A DNA stretch of 51,981 bases, taken from the IMG/VR virus record IMGVR_UViG_3300029216_000006, positions 1 to 51,981 of that record; one strand, 5' to 3'. Of this stretch, positions 1 to 7,959 are shown one piece after another. The translations under genes were made by a program, and so were the position numbers. The notes under the pieces were generated by a model. That model saw only the letters and a program-made list of their open reading frames with translations, did not search any database and had not been told where the DNA came from. Source of the stretch: a virus (lineage: Duplodnaviria > Caudoviricetes). The stretch's first letter is position 1. The number at the start of each line of letters is the position of its first letter.

Positions 1-106
1 AAGTTGTCGAGGCTGGTTTTTATACTGTGATTACAAGTCCCGGAGGGAGGGTGTCCCCGTACCCGTACCCGTCCCCGTCCCCGTACCCGGTCCCGGTCCC
101 CGTCCC
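1..106. repeat. Terminal direct repeat, left copy (circular assembly overlap)
   Basis: Identical to 51858-51963; the match breaks inside the hexamer repeat. Confidence 0.95.
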
Positions 107-211
107 CGGTCCCGTACCCGTACCCGTCCCCGTCCCGGTCCCCGTCCCGTACCCGTACCCGTCCCCGTACCCGTACCAGCACCTGGTCTTTGGAATATCA
201 GCTAGTGGCAT
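20..211 (-). CDS. Gly-Tyr/Gly-Asp/Gly-Thr repeat small protein
   Basis: YGYGDGYGYG repeats; start overlaps the stop of 211..546, a gene pairing I recall from other phages. Confidence 0.7.
   Translation of the reverse strand: MPLADIPKTRCWYGYGDGYGYGTGTGTGTGTGTGPGTGTGTGYGDGDGYGYGDTLPPGLVITV
54..177. repeat. Hexamer tandem repeat (CCCGTA/CCCGTC/CCCGGT) coding G-Y/G-D/G-T
   Basis: Directly visible low-complexity repeat inside ORF 20..211. Confidence 0.9.
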
Positions 212-546
212 TAGATTCCCCCTTCTTGAATATCAATCGCGTTTTTTACAAGATTGAATGGGGCTACCCATTTTTTGCATGGATCAATCTTTGTTTTTTC
301 CGAAGGCTGATGCGAGGTGAGGCGTGCAAGTCCACCGTCCGGTTCAGAGTAGTACCGGATATTCCCGCCGTTTCGCCCAACGATTGTATCGCCGACGATT
401 TCGATATCTCCGAAGTAGATAAACCCCTTGTCGAGGACCACGATCATTCGTCCGGAAAATTGGGAGTTTGATTCTGGTTTATTCGATTTTGAAAGCGTTG
501 CGCCAAGTTCTTCGGCAATGATTTCTTTGAGAAGTCCACGGATCAT
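211..546 (-). CDS. Conserved phage protein (DUF6948-like)
   Basis: IVVLDKGFIYFG...NIRYY...GGLARL pattern, upstream of a GYG-repeat gene; AAGGA RBS. Confidence 0.6.
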   Translation of the reverse strand: MIRGLLKEIIAEELGATLSKSNKPESNSQFSGRMIVVLDKGFIYFGDIEIVGDTIVGRNGGNIRYYSEPDGGLARLTSHQPSEKTKIDPCKKWVAPFNLVKNAIDIQEGGI

Positions 547-636
547 ATTCTATCCTTTCGTTTGAGAAACCCCATCCTTGATTGGCGGGGTGAAACCATC
601 CGGGCGGCTTTCGCTGCCAGAATGGGGGCTTTGGGT

Positions 637-1374
637 TCACCTGGCGGGGGTGTGGTTCAGGATCAGATTTCGGGCGATTGATGCGTATCCGTGCCCGTGT
701 GATTCGTCCTCCAGACTGATTGGCATAATGGCACCGGCACACTTCTTATCGGTTCCGATTATAAACACCGGTCTCTTCGTTTGAGCTCGGGTGTAAAGCC
801 CACGATCCTTGTCGCTGCCCAGTTCGGTGTCAAGATTGATTGCTCGGGTGTCGTCAGGATTGATCGGCACAAGCAGCACAACGCCCTGCGATTCGTACGG
901 TTCTCCTTGTACGGCTTGGGCTAGAGCGTTGAGAAGGTTGGGGTTTACGCAAAAGGCTTGGTATTCGGTATCGGACGGGTGAATATCGCTTACAGGTGGA
1001 AATGATCCTTCGACGAATCTAGAAGCCTGCCCGAGGTCGCCGTCTTTGGGCTTGTGATCCTTACCGATCATTTGTTTCGATACGGTTTGTCCAGTTTTTA
1101 CGAATCCGCCTACCGTGTCGCCGTCGATACTGATTTGGTAGTATTTGGCGTTTTTGGTGGGGTTCTTGCCGATCGTATCGGAGGCAATGATCGCGTGCGA
1201 GTTTTCGCCGTCGATCTCGCCGATATCACGGACACACAAAATCCGCCCGTTTGTGGCGGCTACCGATCCCTTCCCGTCTTTGATGATGAGATTCAATCCC
1301 TCAATCGCATATCGGCCATTCTCGCGGCTTATGCAATGCGAAAGGGTATTCGGCAAGGTGATTGTTGTTTTCAT
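637..1374 (-). CDS. DNA polymerase III beta-clamp-like protein (partial, central-domain-like)
   Basis: RYAIEGL..VAATNGRIL and EGSFPPVSDI resemble DnaN RxxLxGV/VATDGHRL/GxFP motifs; 245 aa. Confidence 0.6.
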   Translation of the reverse strand: MKTTITLPNTLSHCISRENGRYAIEGLNLIIKDGKGSVAATNGRILCVRDIGEIDGENSHAIIASDTIGKNPTKNAKYYQISIDGDTVGGFVKTGQTVSKQMIGKDHKPKDGDLGQASRFVEGSFPPVSDIHPSDTEYQAFCVNPNLLNALAQAVQGEPYESQGVVLLVPINPDDTRAINLDTELGSDKDRGLYTRAQTKRPVFIIGTDKKCAGAIMPISLEDESHGHGYASIARNLILNHTPAR

Positions 1375-1468
1375 ATCAGATCCTCATTTCTGCCCGGTTT
1401 TCGGGCGGTTTGGTTTCAGAATGTCGCCGATCCCGTTTCAGAGGTCGGCGGCTTGACGGTTCATTGTA

Positions 1469-1645
1469 TCACATATAGCCGACAAAATCCCGCGATTCGT
1501 CAAAGATTGCCAGAATCCACAATCCGCGCCCGCCTGGTGGTGGCTTTGGGGCGTAGTGCCAATCGTCGGCGGGGTCGGCGTTGAGCTTGGCGGCGAGGTC
1601 GCGGGCGGCTTGTTCGGTAAATAGGGCGGGGGGGTGGTCGATCAT
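1469..1645 (-). CDS. Small hypothetical protein, 58 aa (MIDHPPALF...DESRDFVGYM)
   Basis: Translated by hand, below the ORF-track cut-off; AAGGA RBS upstream. Confidence 0.6.
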   Translation of the reverse strand: MIDHPPALFTEQAARDLAAKLNADPADDWHYAPKPPPGGRGLWILAIFDESRDFVGYM

Positions 1646-1659
1646 GGTCCAGATCCTTT

Positions 1660-1713
1660 TTAGCAGAGGGCGAGGAATGCCCAGAATGCGAGTGTGAGTA
1701 TTTGGCGGGTCAT
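1660..1713 (-). CDS. Possible 17-aa hydrophobic peptide MTRQILTLAFWAFLALC
   Basis: ATG after AGGGA; fills the gap between neighbouring genes. Confidence 0.35.
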   Translation of the reverse strand: MTRQILTLAFWAFLALC

Positions 1714-1720
1714 GGTTTCC

Positions 1721-2106
1721 CTATCGGCTGTTTTGGGTTTGGGCTTGATTCTTCTTCTTGAAATACTCGCCGATCATTTCGTACGCTGTGTATTCGCAGG
1801 AATCAGGCTCGGGGCCTGATGTCATACCGGGCTGGAATACCTGCCCGATTGCCGACAATGCGGCGTATTCGGTCGAGTACTGCCCGGCGTGCCATTCGTT
1901 CAATGACCAGTACGCGCCTACAAGCAATCAAGGTAGCATTCTAACCCTTCACCGATTGACCATGTAGACGAATCAGTGTCCGCGTCCATAACGGAATCGG
2001 ATAGGTCAATCAATGCTTGGGGTAAGTCGATCTCGGGTCCGCCGATTCGGAAAGTGTCGGATTCCATGATTACCATGTATGCGGCGGTGATTGTTTCGTT
2101 GTTCAT
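1721..2106 (-). pseudogene. Frameshifted hypothetical gene (ORFs 1918..2106 and 1721..1927)
   Basis: Restoring one GCTT unit near 1920-1927 joins ...YLDCL to LVGAYWSLNEWHAGQ; the second ORF has no ATG or RBS. Confidence 0.55.
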
Positions 2107-2248
2107 TGTCAGGTCCTCTATGGTTTTGGGCTTATGCCCGGTTTGGGTTTGTGATAATGAGAGCGTACACTACTTGTCGGGTGGATCAAGGGCTGTTCCG
2201 TTGATTATTGTTATATTGTGGACAAATCGACGATACTGGGCAATCAGG

Positions 2249-2277
2249 GCGGATAATACTGTAAAGTTTTTACACGA
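2249..2277. promoter_or_regulatory. Palindromic operator-like motif TGTAAA-N3-TTTACA, copy 1
   Basis: CTGTAAAGTTTTTACACGA at 2259-2277 is identical to 50194-50212. Confidence 0.55.
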
Positions 2278-3077
2278 GATCAAGCAAGAATCGTAGTTTG
2301 GTTATCCATCCCGACGGTATCCGGCTCAATATGCCCTATACAGACTACCCATTGGGACCGATACGATGACTCTGGTTATGCAGAGGCTTAGGCTTTGGCT
2401 CAACAGGTACAGGCTCATCCAACACACAACGCTTGCACAGTTGGTCATAGTCAATGCCACGCCGTACACACTCGGCCCGTACACGCTCGTCTAGAGCCCT
2501 GGCATGGGCCTGCATAACCGTAGACCATGATTCGACCGGCAAGCCGAGTAGGGCGGCTCTAGAGCGGGTGGAGCGGATAGAGGATATCACGCTGCGGGGC
2601 ATTCGGACATTGTGGGCGGGGTAAGCACAAAGCTCATAAGCCCCGTTTATGGATGGCATAAGTAGAATCTATGGGGACATAAGCAAAAAGAATGGGAGGG
2701 AAGGTTAGAACGGTTCTAAAACTGCTTCACGATCTGCCCGTATGAGCCCCGTTTGTAGCCAATGCTACACGATGGTTCGGTGCCCTCCCACTGCACCACG
2801 ACCGACACCCCCAATCCATTGCCGATCGTGGTGTTTGCCCGTGTTTCTGTGCATTTAGAGCGGTTTGCTAGTACTAGCTATCCTGCGTGAGACTAGGGAA
2901 CCGCGTGTGTTGCCTATCCCCAACCACCAAGTGACCCCCAAACCCCCAGGGGGGGGGTTGCCCTCTATCTAATAAACCCTCCCTCTCAACTTTTTCCAAC
3001 AATTTACGATTTTTCGGTGTATGGTGTGTGGCGAATGTTGAGGACTCGATATCCTTCCCCCTTTTCTCGCCTCTTTC

Positions 3078-3106
3078 TTGACAGGTGTTGTTGGTTGGTG
3101 TAGTGT
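3078..3106 (+). promoter_or_regulatory. Sigma70-type promoter for the rightward arm
   Basis: TTGACA-17 bp-TAGTGT. Confidence 0.7.
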
Positions 3107-3126
3107 GTGGTTGAAAGGTTGGTGAT

Positions 3127-3252
3127 ATGATGGGTAAGGAGATGTCTAACCGTGAGGCTCTTGTGGTGATGTGGGGTTTGATTGGCGGTTTTTTCGTTGC
3201 TTGGTTTGCTGTTGTGGTGTTGATAACCTATCTTTTTGGGAATGCGGTTTAG
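3127..3252 (+). CDS. Small single-pass membrane protein, about 41 aa
   Basis: Hand translation MMGKEMSNREALVVMWGLIGGFFVAWFAVVVLITYLFGNAV; first ORF after the promoter. Confidence 0.5.
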   Translation: MMGKEMSNREALVVMWGLIGGFFVAWFAVVVLITYLFGNAV

Positions 3253-3289
3253 GTTTACCGGGCGATTGTGCCCAAGAAAGGACTGTGAT

Positions 3290-3580
3290 ATGAGTACGAT
3301 TTCAAGTGGCACTTGTGGTGGGGATAGTTGTCTGCCGTCAACGGTGACAAACCTGATTACGGCGTATGCCGATGGTTTGTCCTCGATCAATGGACGGTTG
3401 TGTGATTTATCGTTGAATGCTTCTCAGAGGGTGGATTCGCTGGTTGGGTGTTCGCCGTCGCCACCCAGTTCGGCTAGTGATTCCGCTGTTCCTGGCAACC
3501 CGCTTGCGTGTGCGACTTCGGTTCTTGCCGATATCTGTCGGCACATTGATTCTTTGGAGTCGATTGTGGCTCGCATTTGA
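3290..3580 (+). CDS. Hypothetical protein
   Basis: ATG at 3290 with AAGGA RBS; helical character. Confidence 0.6.
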   Translation: MSTISSGTCGGDSCLPSTVTNLITAYADGLSSINGRLCDLSLNASQRVDSLVGCSPSPPSSASDSAVPGNPLACATSVLADICRHIDSLESIVARI

Positions 3581-3658
3581 CGGTATGATACGAAGTACGC
3601 ACGGATTTCCGCCTCTCCCGCCTTGGTGACGGTGAAGCGACCCGTGTTTCTTGATGAT

Positions 3659-3731
3659 TGCGGATTAGTTGAGTTGGTAGAATGCCGGGCTCATAACCCG
3701 AAGGTCATCGGTTCGAGTCCGATATCCGCTA
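3659..3731 (+). tRNA. tRNA-Met(CAU), initiator (fMet) type; no encoded CCA
   Basis: Cloverleaf; 1:72 mismatch; GGG/CCC anticodon stem with CTCATAA loop; GGTTCGAGTCC T arm. Confidence 0.9.
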
Positions 3732-3743
3732 TTTACGACGGTA

Positions 3744-3822
3744 GCCCCGATGGTGTAATGGAAACATTCCCGGTCTTGCAAAGAGATTCGGGCGATCTCG
3801 GGTTCGATCCCCGACAGGGGCA
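3744..3822 (+). ncRNA. Aberrant tRNA-like RNA with enlarged anticodon arm
   Basis: D arm GTGT/ACAT and T arm TCGGG-TTCGATC-CCCGA intact; 14 nt between CCCGG and TCGGG; acceptor pairs 6 and 7 mismatched. Confidence 0.65.
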
Positions 3823-3946
3823 TTTCAACACTTCTCCCCGTTGGGCGCGCCTCTTGACTGCCGCGTCGGTTGAGGGAGATCGCAGGTGCCGACTACAATG
3901 GAGCACCTCATTCCAGATGCGTGAATGGCTGGAAAACTCAACACCC

Positions 3947-3975
3947 TCGTTCGTTGCAGGCGGGGGTGTTGTTGC
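3947..3975 (+). terminator. Strong hairpin, possible terminator of the tRNA transcript
   Basis: CAACACCCTCG (3939-3949) pairs with CGGGGGTGTTG (3961-3971); weak U tract. Confidence 0.4.
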
Positions 3976-3983
3976 ATCCTTAC

Positions 3984-4012
3984 TTGACTTCTTTCTTATT
4001 CAAGAGTATTCT
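3984..4012 (+). promoter_or_regulatory. Sigma70-type promoter, probably giving a leaderless mRNA
   Basis: TTGACT-17-TATTCT with ATG at 4019, the expected +1 position. Confidence 0.6.
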
Positions 4013-4018
4013 GTGTGC

Positions 4019-4276
4019 ATGATGAGTAGCCAACGACAGGAACAGATGGAGCGGGTGATCGCGGTCTTGTTGGCCGACGGTGGCCGCGTGCGCTTCTGCT
4101 GTTTGGCCGAGATGCAGGTGGGATTGAGCGTGGTTCGTGCGATTTATCTGCTCAACAGTTGGGGCGTTGGACACCGAACGATCTTCTTCGAGTACTCGGT
4201 TTGTGTTCAAGCGTTCTCCAAGGATGGTCGCGGGCGGGGCTCGATTGAGTTTGTGTGCAAGAAGGTCGTCAAGTAA
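4019..4276 (+). CDS. Hypothetical protein, 85 aa
   Basis: 3' part of track ORF 3623..4276; the upstream part overlaps tRNAs. Confidence 0.5.
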   Translation: MMSSQRQEQMERVIAVLLADGGRVRFCCLAEMQVGLSVVRAIYLLNSWGVGHRTIFFEYSVCVQAFSKDGRGRGSIEFVCKKVVK

Positions 4277-4277
4277 G

Positions 4278-4306
4278 TGGACAAGTTGTGGCATGGGTGC
4301 TAGTGT
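4278..4306 (+). promoter_or_regulatory. Promoter for TyrRS
   Basis: TGGACA-17-TAGTGT with extended -10 TG. Confidence 0.55.
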
Positions 4307-4325
4307 GTAGCGAAAGGGGTGAAGG

Positions 4326-5462
4326 ATGATTACGGATCTTGAAAAGACGGCTTCGCAAACGATCGGCCTTGCGAATGGCATTCCGTTGGGGTCGCATGTA
4401 AAGATCGGCATTGATGCGACGGGGCGCGATTTGCACATTGGGCACCTTGTCCCGTTTTCAGCATTTCGTTCTTTGGTTCGTCGTGGTTGCAAGGGTACTG
4501 TTGTCATTGGTGACATAACCGGACAGATTGGCGATCCGTCGGGGCGAGACACATCGAGGCCATTGCTTTCGTTTAGTGAAACATCGAGAAATGCGGCTGA
4601 TATCATGGCCCAGATATGTCGATTCATGGGCGATGGGGGGGAGTGGGGTTTTGTAAAGAACTCGGCCATAAGACCGCCAATGGATGATCTTTTTGAGCTT
4701 CTTGGCAGTGTGTCTATTCGTTCAATGCTTGGCAGGGATCATTTCTCGAAAAGACATGCTTCCGGGGGGTCAATATCCATTCTTGAGATGGTGTGCCCTG
4801 TCCTTCAGGCGTGGGATTCCATCAGCCTTGGGTGCGACCTTGAGATTGGGGGCAATGACCAGTTGGCAAACTGTACACTTGCAAGGGATTTGATGGGTCG
4901 TCTTGGGATGAAAAAGCAGGCGATTATGCTGTTTCCGATACTTACTGGAACAGACGGAAGCCACAAGATGAGCAAGTCGCTTGGAAACCATATTTCAATG
5001 AACAGCACGCCCGACGACGCTTTTGGAAAAACAATGAGCATTCCAGACGGCCTGATGGATGAGTGGTTTTCTCTTTTGTTCCAGTGTTCTTCTCCGCCAG
5101 GGCTAGAGGTTGTAAAAAAACAAGCACTGGCACTTGCGGTCGTTGAGATGCTTCATGGCAGGCAAGCCGCGAAAGATTCAATGAAGAGGTTTGACTTGGT
5201 GTGCAAGCAGAAAGTTGCCATCCCTCATGGTAAAACGGATGTGCCTCTCGGATCTACCGTTGTTGATGCTCTTGTTTTGTGTGGAATGGCCCAGTCTCGT
5301 TCGGATGCGAGAAGGCTCATTACTGGTCGCGGCGTGAAGATTGACGGGAATACCGTTTCCTCTATACATGAGATTATCATGAAAAATGGTGTATTACAAA
5401 GGGGTAAGAGGAACTGTGTGTCTGTTGTTGTGGGTGAAAGGGTTATGGTGAAGGATGATTGA
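4326..5462 (+). CDS. tyrS: Tyrosine--tRNA ligase (TyrZ/type 2-like, divergent)
   Basis: KIGIDAT, HIGH, IGDPSGR, LQAWD, EIGGNDQ, KMSKS and a C-terminal S4 domain (SRSDARRLI..GVKIDG). Confidence 0.93.
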   Translation: MITDLEKTASQTIGLANGIPLGSHVKIGIDATGRDLHIGHLVPFSAFRSLVRRGCKGTVVIGDITGQIGDPSGRDTSRPLLSFSETSRNAADIMAQICRFMGDGGEWGFVKNSAIRPPMDDLFELLGSVSIRSMLGRDHFSKRHASGGSISILEMVCPVLQAWDSISLGCDLEIGGNDQLANCTLARDLMGRLGMKKQAIMLFPILTGTDGSHKMSKSLGNHISMNSTPDDAFGKTMSIPDGLMDEWFSLLFQCSSPPGLEVVKKQALALAVVEMLHGRQAAKDSMKRFDLVCKQKVAIPHGKTDVPLGSTVVDALVLCGMAQSRSDARRLITGRGVKIDGNTVSSIHEIIMKNGVLQRGKRNCVSVVVGERVMVKDD

Positions 5463-5817
5463 GAACGATCTGATTGGCGACACTTCGACGGTGCTTGATC
5501 GCGGGTTCCGCGAGGTGGCGAAGGATTATCGTGCGTTTTGCCGGACGGCGGATCGGTACACGATTGGCGTGTTTGTCCGTGTGCGTAAGAAGCAATGGCG
5601 AGACATGGATCGCTTGGAGCGTTTTATTTCCAAGGCAGACTTCGTTCGTTTCCATGAGTGGTTGTTCGATACAAGGCTGCCTTTGGGTTCTATCGGACCA
5701 CGCGACGCGGCGAAGTTGGCAATATCATTTCTGGATCGCATCGACGCTGATGTGATTCACGATACTTGGGTGACAGAGAAAGGGGATCTTGATGAGTGGG
5801 CAAAAACAGAAGGTTGA
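5455..5817 (+). CDS. Hypothetical protein
   Basis: Overlaps the TyrRS stop; AAGGA RBS. Confidence 0.65.
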   Translation: MIENDLIGDTSTVLDRGFREVAKDYRAFCRTADRYTIGVFVRVRKKQWRDMDRLERFISKADFVRFHEWLFDTRLPLGSIGPRDAAKLAISFLDRIDADVIHDTWVTEKGDLDEWAKTEG

Positions 5818-6097
5818 GGGGCACAACGCCGAGGCACTATCGAAACTCCCTTTGAGCGGCGACGGCCTCCCTATCGCACCCAGCATGTCGGTGACGGTGG
5901 TGGACTCGACCGGCACCACGGCCTCGGGGATCATCCCCCATATGTTCGTCGCCACGGTTGTATCCGTGCAAACACGCACGATTCGGGCTCGCAAGGAGAA
6001 CGATAAGGCGGTCATCGTTATGCCGCATATGTGTTTCTTCGATGCCGATCGTGCGATGCGTCGATACAAGGCGATTGGGGGGCATGATGAAGGCTGA
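5792..6097 (+). CDS. Hypothetical protein
   Basis: Packed in operon. Confidence 0.55.
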   Translation: MSGQKQKVEGHNAEALSKLPLSGDGLPIAPSMSVTVVDSTGTTASGIIPHMFVATVVSVQTRTIRARKENDKAVIVMPHMCFFDADRAMRRYKAIGGHDEG

Positions 6098-6362
6098 GAC
6101 CGCGAAACTTATACACAAAGAAACCAAAGAGGTACTTTGTGAAATAAAATTGTCGATTTCTGTCTCTAGAGATGCGATCACAAAGCACCTGAAACAGGAA
6201 GAAAAATATATTGGCGAGGGTGATGTCGAGGAAACATACCGCCTCAGCGTACACCTTGATAACTACAGATACATTTCCGCAGTGGCCGGCGACTATGCTG
6301 AGAAAAACAGTGTTTCAAGGGATCTGATACGCTCGGAATACAGTTGGGGAGGGTGGCGATGA
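6084..6362 (+). CDS. Hypothetical protein
   Basis: ATG after GGGGG; coupled to the next gene. Confidence 0.55.
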   Translation: MMKAETAKLIHKETKEVLCEIKLSISVSRDAITKHLKQEEKYIGEGDVEETYRLSVHLDNYRYISAVAGDYAEKNSVSRDLIRSEYSWGGWR

Positions 6363-6634
6363 AGGTTGAGTTCTATATCTTTGATCGGAACAGAGAGGTT
6401 CGCCGCCGGTTCATTGCGGATCTTGGTTTTTCTGAAATCGTCATTCAAGATGGCGATCTTTTGCCTGAATCGGATCAAAAACTGTTGTACATGAAATCTG
6501 CAATCCAGCATATTTTAGAAATAGGCCGCTCGGAAGCCAAGGAAGCAGATTTGACATTTTGCTACACAATAATAAAGTGGAAGTATCTTGATTTGCACAA
6601 CAAAATGACAAAAGGAGGACGCGATGAAGGTTGA
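6359..6634 (+). CDS. Hypothetical protein (MKVEF...)
   Basis: ATGA overlap; GGAGGG RBS. Confidence 0.6.
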   Translation: MKVEFYIFDRNREVRRRFIADLGFSEIVIQDGDLLPESDQKLLYMKSAIQHILEIGRSEAKEADLTFCYTIIKWKYLDLHNKMTKGGRDEG

Positions 6635-6803
6635 GTTCTGGACATCCATCGGCTTCAAGGACGAGCATCGTGTGGTGCTTGACCTTTCCGCCCTCGGGAT
6701 CGACCCGGTGAAGTTGTCCGAGAAAGAGTTGAAGCGTGATGTTGAACAGGCATTTGTCGAGTGGCAATCAGACCGTCTTGATGGCGGATGGGAGATGAAG
6801 TAA
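6624..6803 (+). CDS. Small hypothetical protein, 59 aa (MKVEFWTSIG...DGGWEMK)
   Basis: Hand translation; strong AAGGAGG RBS; stop overlaps the next ATG. Confidence 0.65.
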   Translation: MKVEFWTSIGFKDEHRVVLDLSALGIDPVKLSEKELKRDVEQAFVEWQSDRLDGGWEMK

Positions 6804-7045
6804 TGGATCGTATTATTCTACAGTCAAGCCCTGCGAAAGACCCGAAGGTTCGGGTTGAATCCATATTGGTTCGAGAGGTCGATAAGGTGTCTATATCCAA
6901 ATCGGAGATTGAACTGGTTATCAAGTCGGATGATCTGCGATCTTGTTCTCAGTGGCGAGTGATTCGGTCCGGAAGCGGTGGCGGGCAAGCGGTCATTAGC
7001 CTCTGCCAGTTCGATATGTTTCAGGAAGATGTGGGGACGGAGTAA
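6803..7045 (+). CDS. Hypothetical protein
   Basis: TAATG coupling at both ends. Confidence 0.6.
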   Translation: MDRIILQSSPAKDPKVRVESILVREVDKVSISKSEIELVIKSDDLRSCSQWRVIRSGSGGGQAVISLCQFDMFQEDVGTE

Positions 7046-7959
7046 TGGCAATCACCGAAAAACAGGCAGCGGATCGTAAGAAGGGTATTGGCTCATCCGA
7101 TGTGGCTTGCATCTTTGGAATGAACCCGTACCGAACCGCGCTTGACCTCTGGCTGGAAAAAACTGGGCGTGTTGATTCGTTCACTGGCAACGAGGCAACG
7201 ATGTGGGGTGATTTTATGGAACCCGGTATCTTGAAGTATGTCGAACACGCCCTCGGCGAGAAGGTGTATGCGCCTAAACAGACCTTTGTGAAAGGTATTC
7301 TCAGAAGCAATGTCGATGGGATGGTTGGAAAGTTTGCAAAAGGTCAACCGATTGTTGAGGCCAAATCTTCCTTGGTTGACGCTGGGTGGGGCGAGCCGGG
7401 AACCGATCAGATCCCCGATATGGTCATGCTCCAAGTGCAGCACCAACTCATCTGCGCCGAGAGCGATGATGCGATTGTGTGCCGCTTGAGTCACCGCAAG
7501 TTCGACATCTACTGTGTCGGCATCGACATTGATCTGTGCCATGCGATTCAGACCCGTTGCGAGAAGTGGTGGATTGAACATATTGTCGCCGATGTTGCAC
7601 CCGAGGCTTCGGGCATGACAGATTCGACCAAGGAATACTTTGCGTCCATGAAGCGCGAGAACGACACGGTTGCCGAGATCGACCCCGAGATGGCCAAGCG
7701 GCATATCGAGATCACGGCGATCATCAAAGACTTGAAGGATGAACAGTCAACGATCAAGTCGTTGCTCATGCAGCAGGTCGGCGAGGCGAGTCGTGGGCAG
7801 GGCGGCGGGTACATGATGAATGTGACAGTGGTGAAGGGCAAGCAGACGGTTGATTCCAAGCTGTTGAAGATGCGTCACCCCGATGTGTATGAACAGGTGT
7901 TGAAAACAAACAATCCGCACACGCGGGCAATACCAAAGAAAATGAAGGAGGCGGAATGA
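7045..7959 (+). CDS. YqaJ/lambda-exonuclease family recombination nuclease
   Basis: RKKGIGSSD, LWLEKTG, WG..MEP, SNVDG, EAKS, QVQHQL. Confidence 0.92.
   Translation: MAITEKQAADRKKGIGSSDVACIFGMNPYRTALDLWLEKTGRVDSFTGNEATMWGDFMEPGILKYVEHALGEKVYAPKQTFVKGILRSNVDGMVGKFAKGQPIVEAKSSLVDAGWGEPGTDQIPDMVMLQVQHQLICAESDDAIVCRLSHRKFDIYCVGIDIDLCHAIQTRCEKWWIEHIVADVAPEASGMTDSTKEYFASMKRENDTVAEIDPEMAKRHIEITAIIKDLKDEQSTIKSLLMQQVGEASRGQGGGYMMNVTVVKGKQTVDSKLLKMRHPDVYEQVLKTNNPHTRAIPKKMKEAE

Noticed and set aside
1-106. Biological terminal repeat or att site
   Set aside because: It cuts through a low-complexity coding repeat, which fits an assembly overlap better.
2345-2659. 104-aa minus-strand ORF
   Set aside because: No clear RBS or motif and it lies in the gene-poor region. 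I cannot support it, though its C-terminal half could be coding.
3623-4018. N-terminal part of the 217-aa track ORF
   Set aside because: Runs through two tRNA-like genes; a promoter places the real start at 4019.
3830-4325. T-box riboswitch controlling TyrRS
   Set aside because: No T-box consensus seen, and TyrRS has its own promoter about 20 nt upstream.
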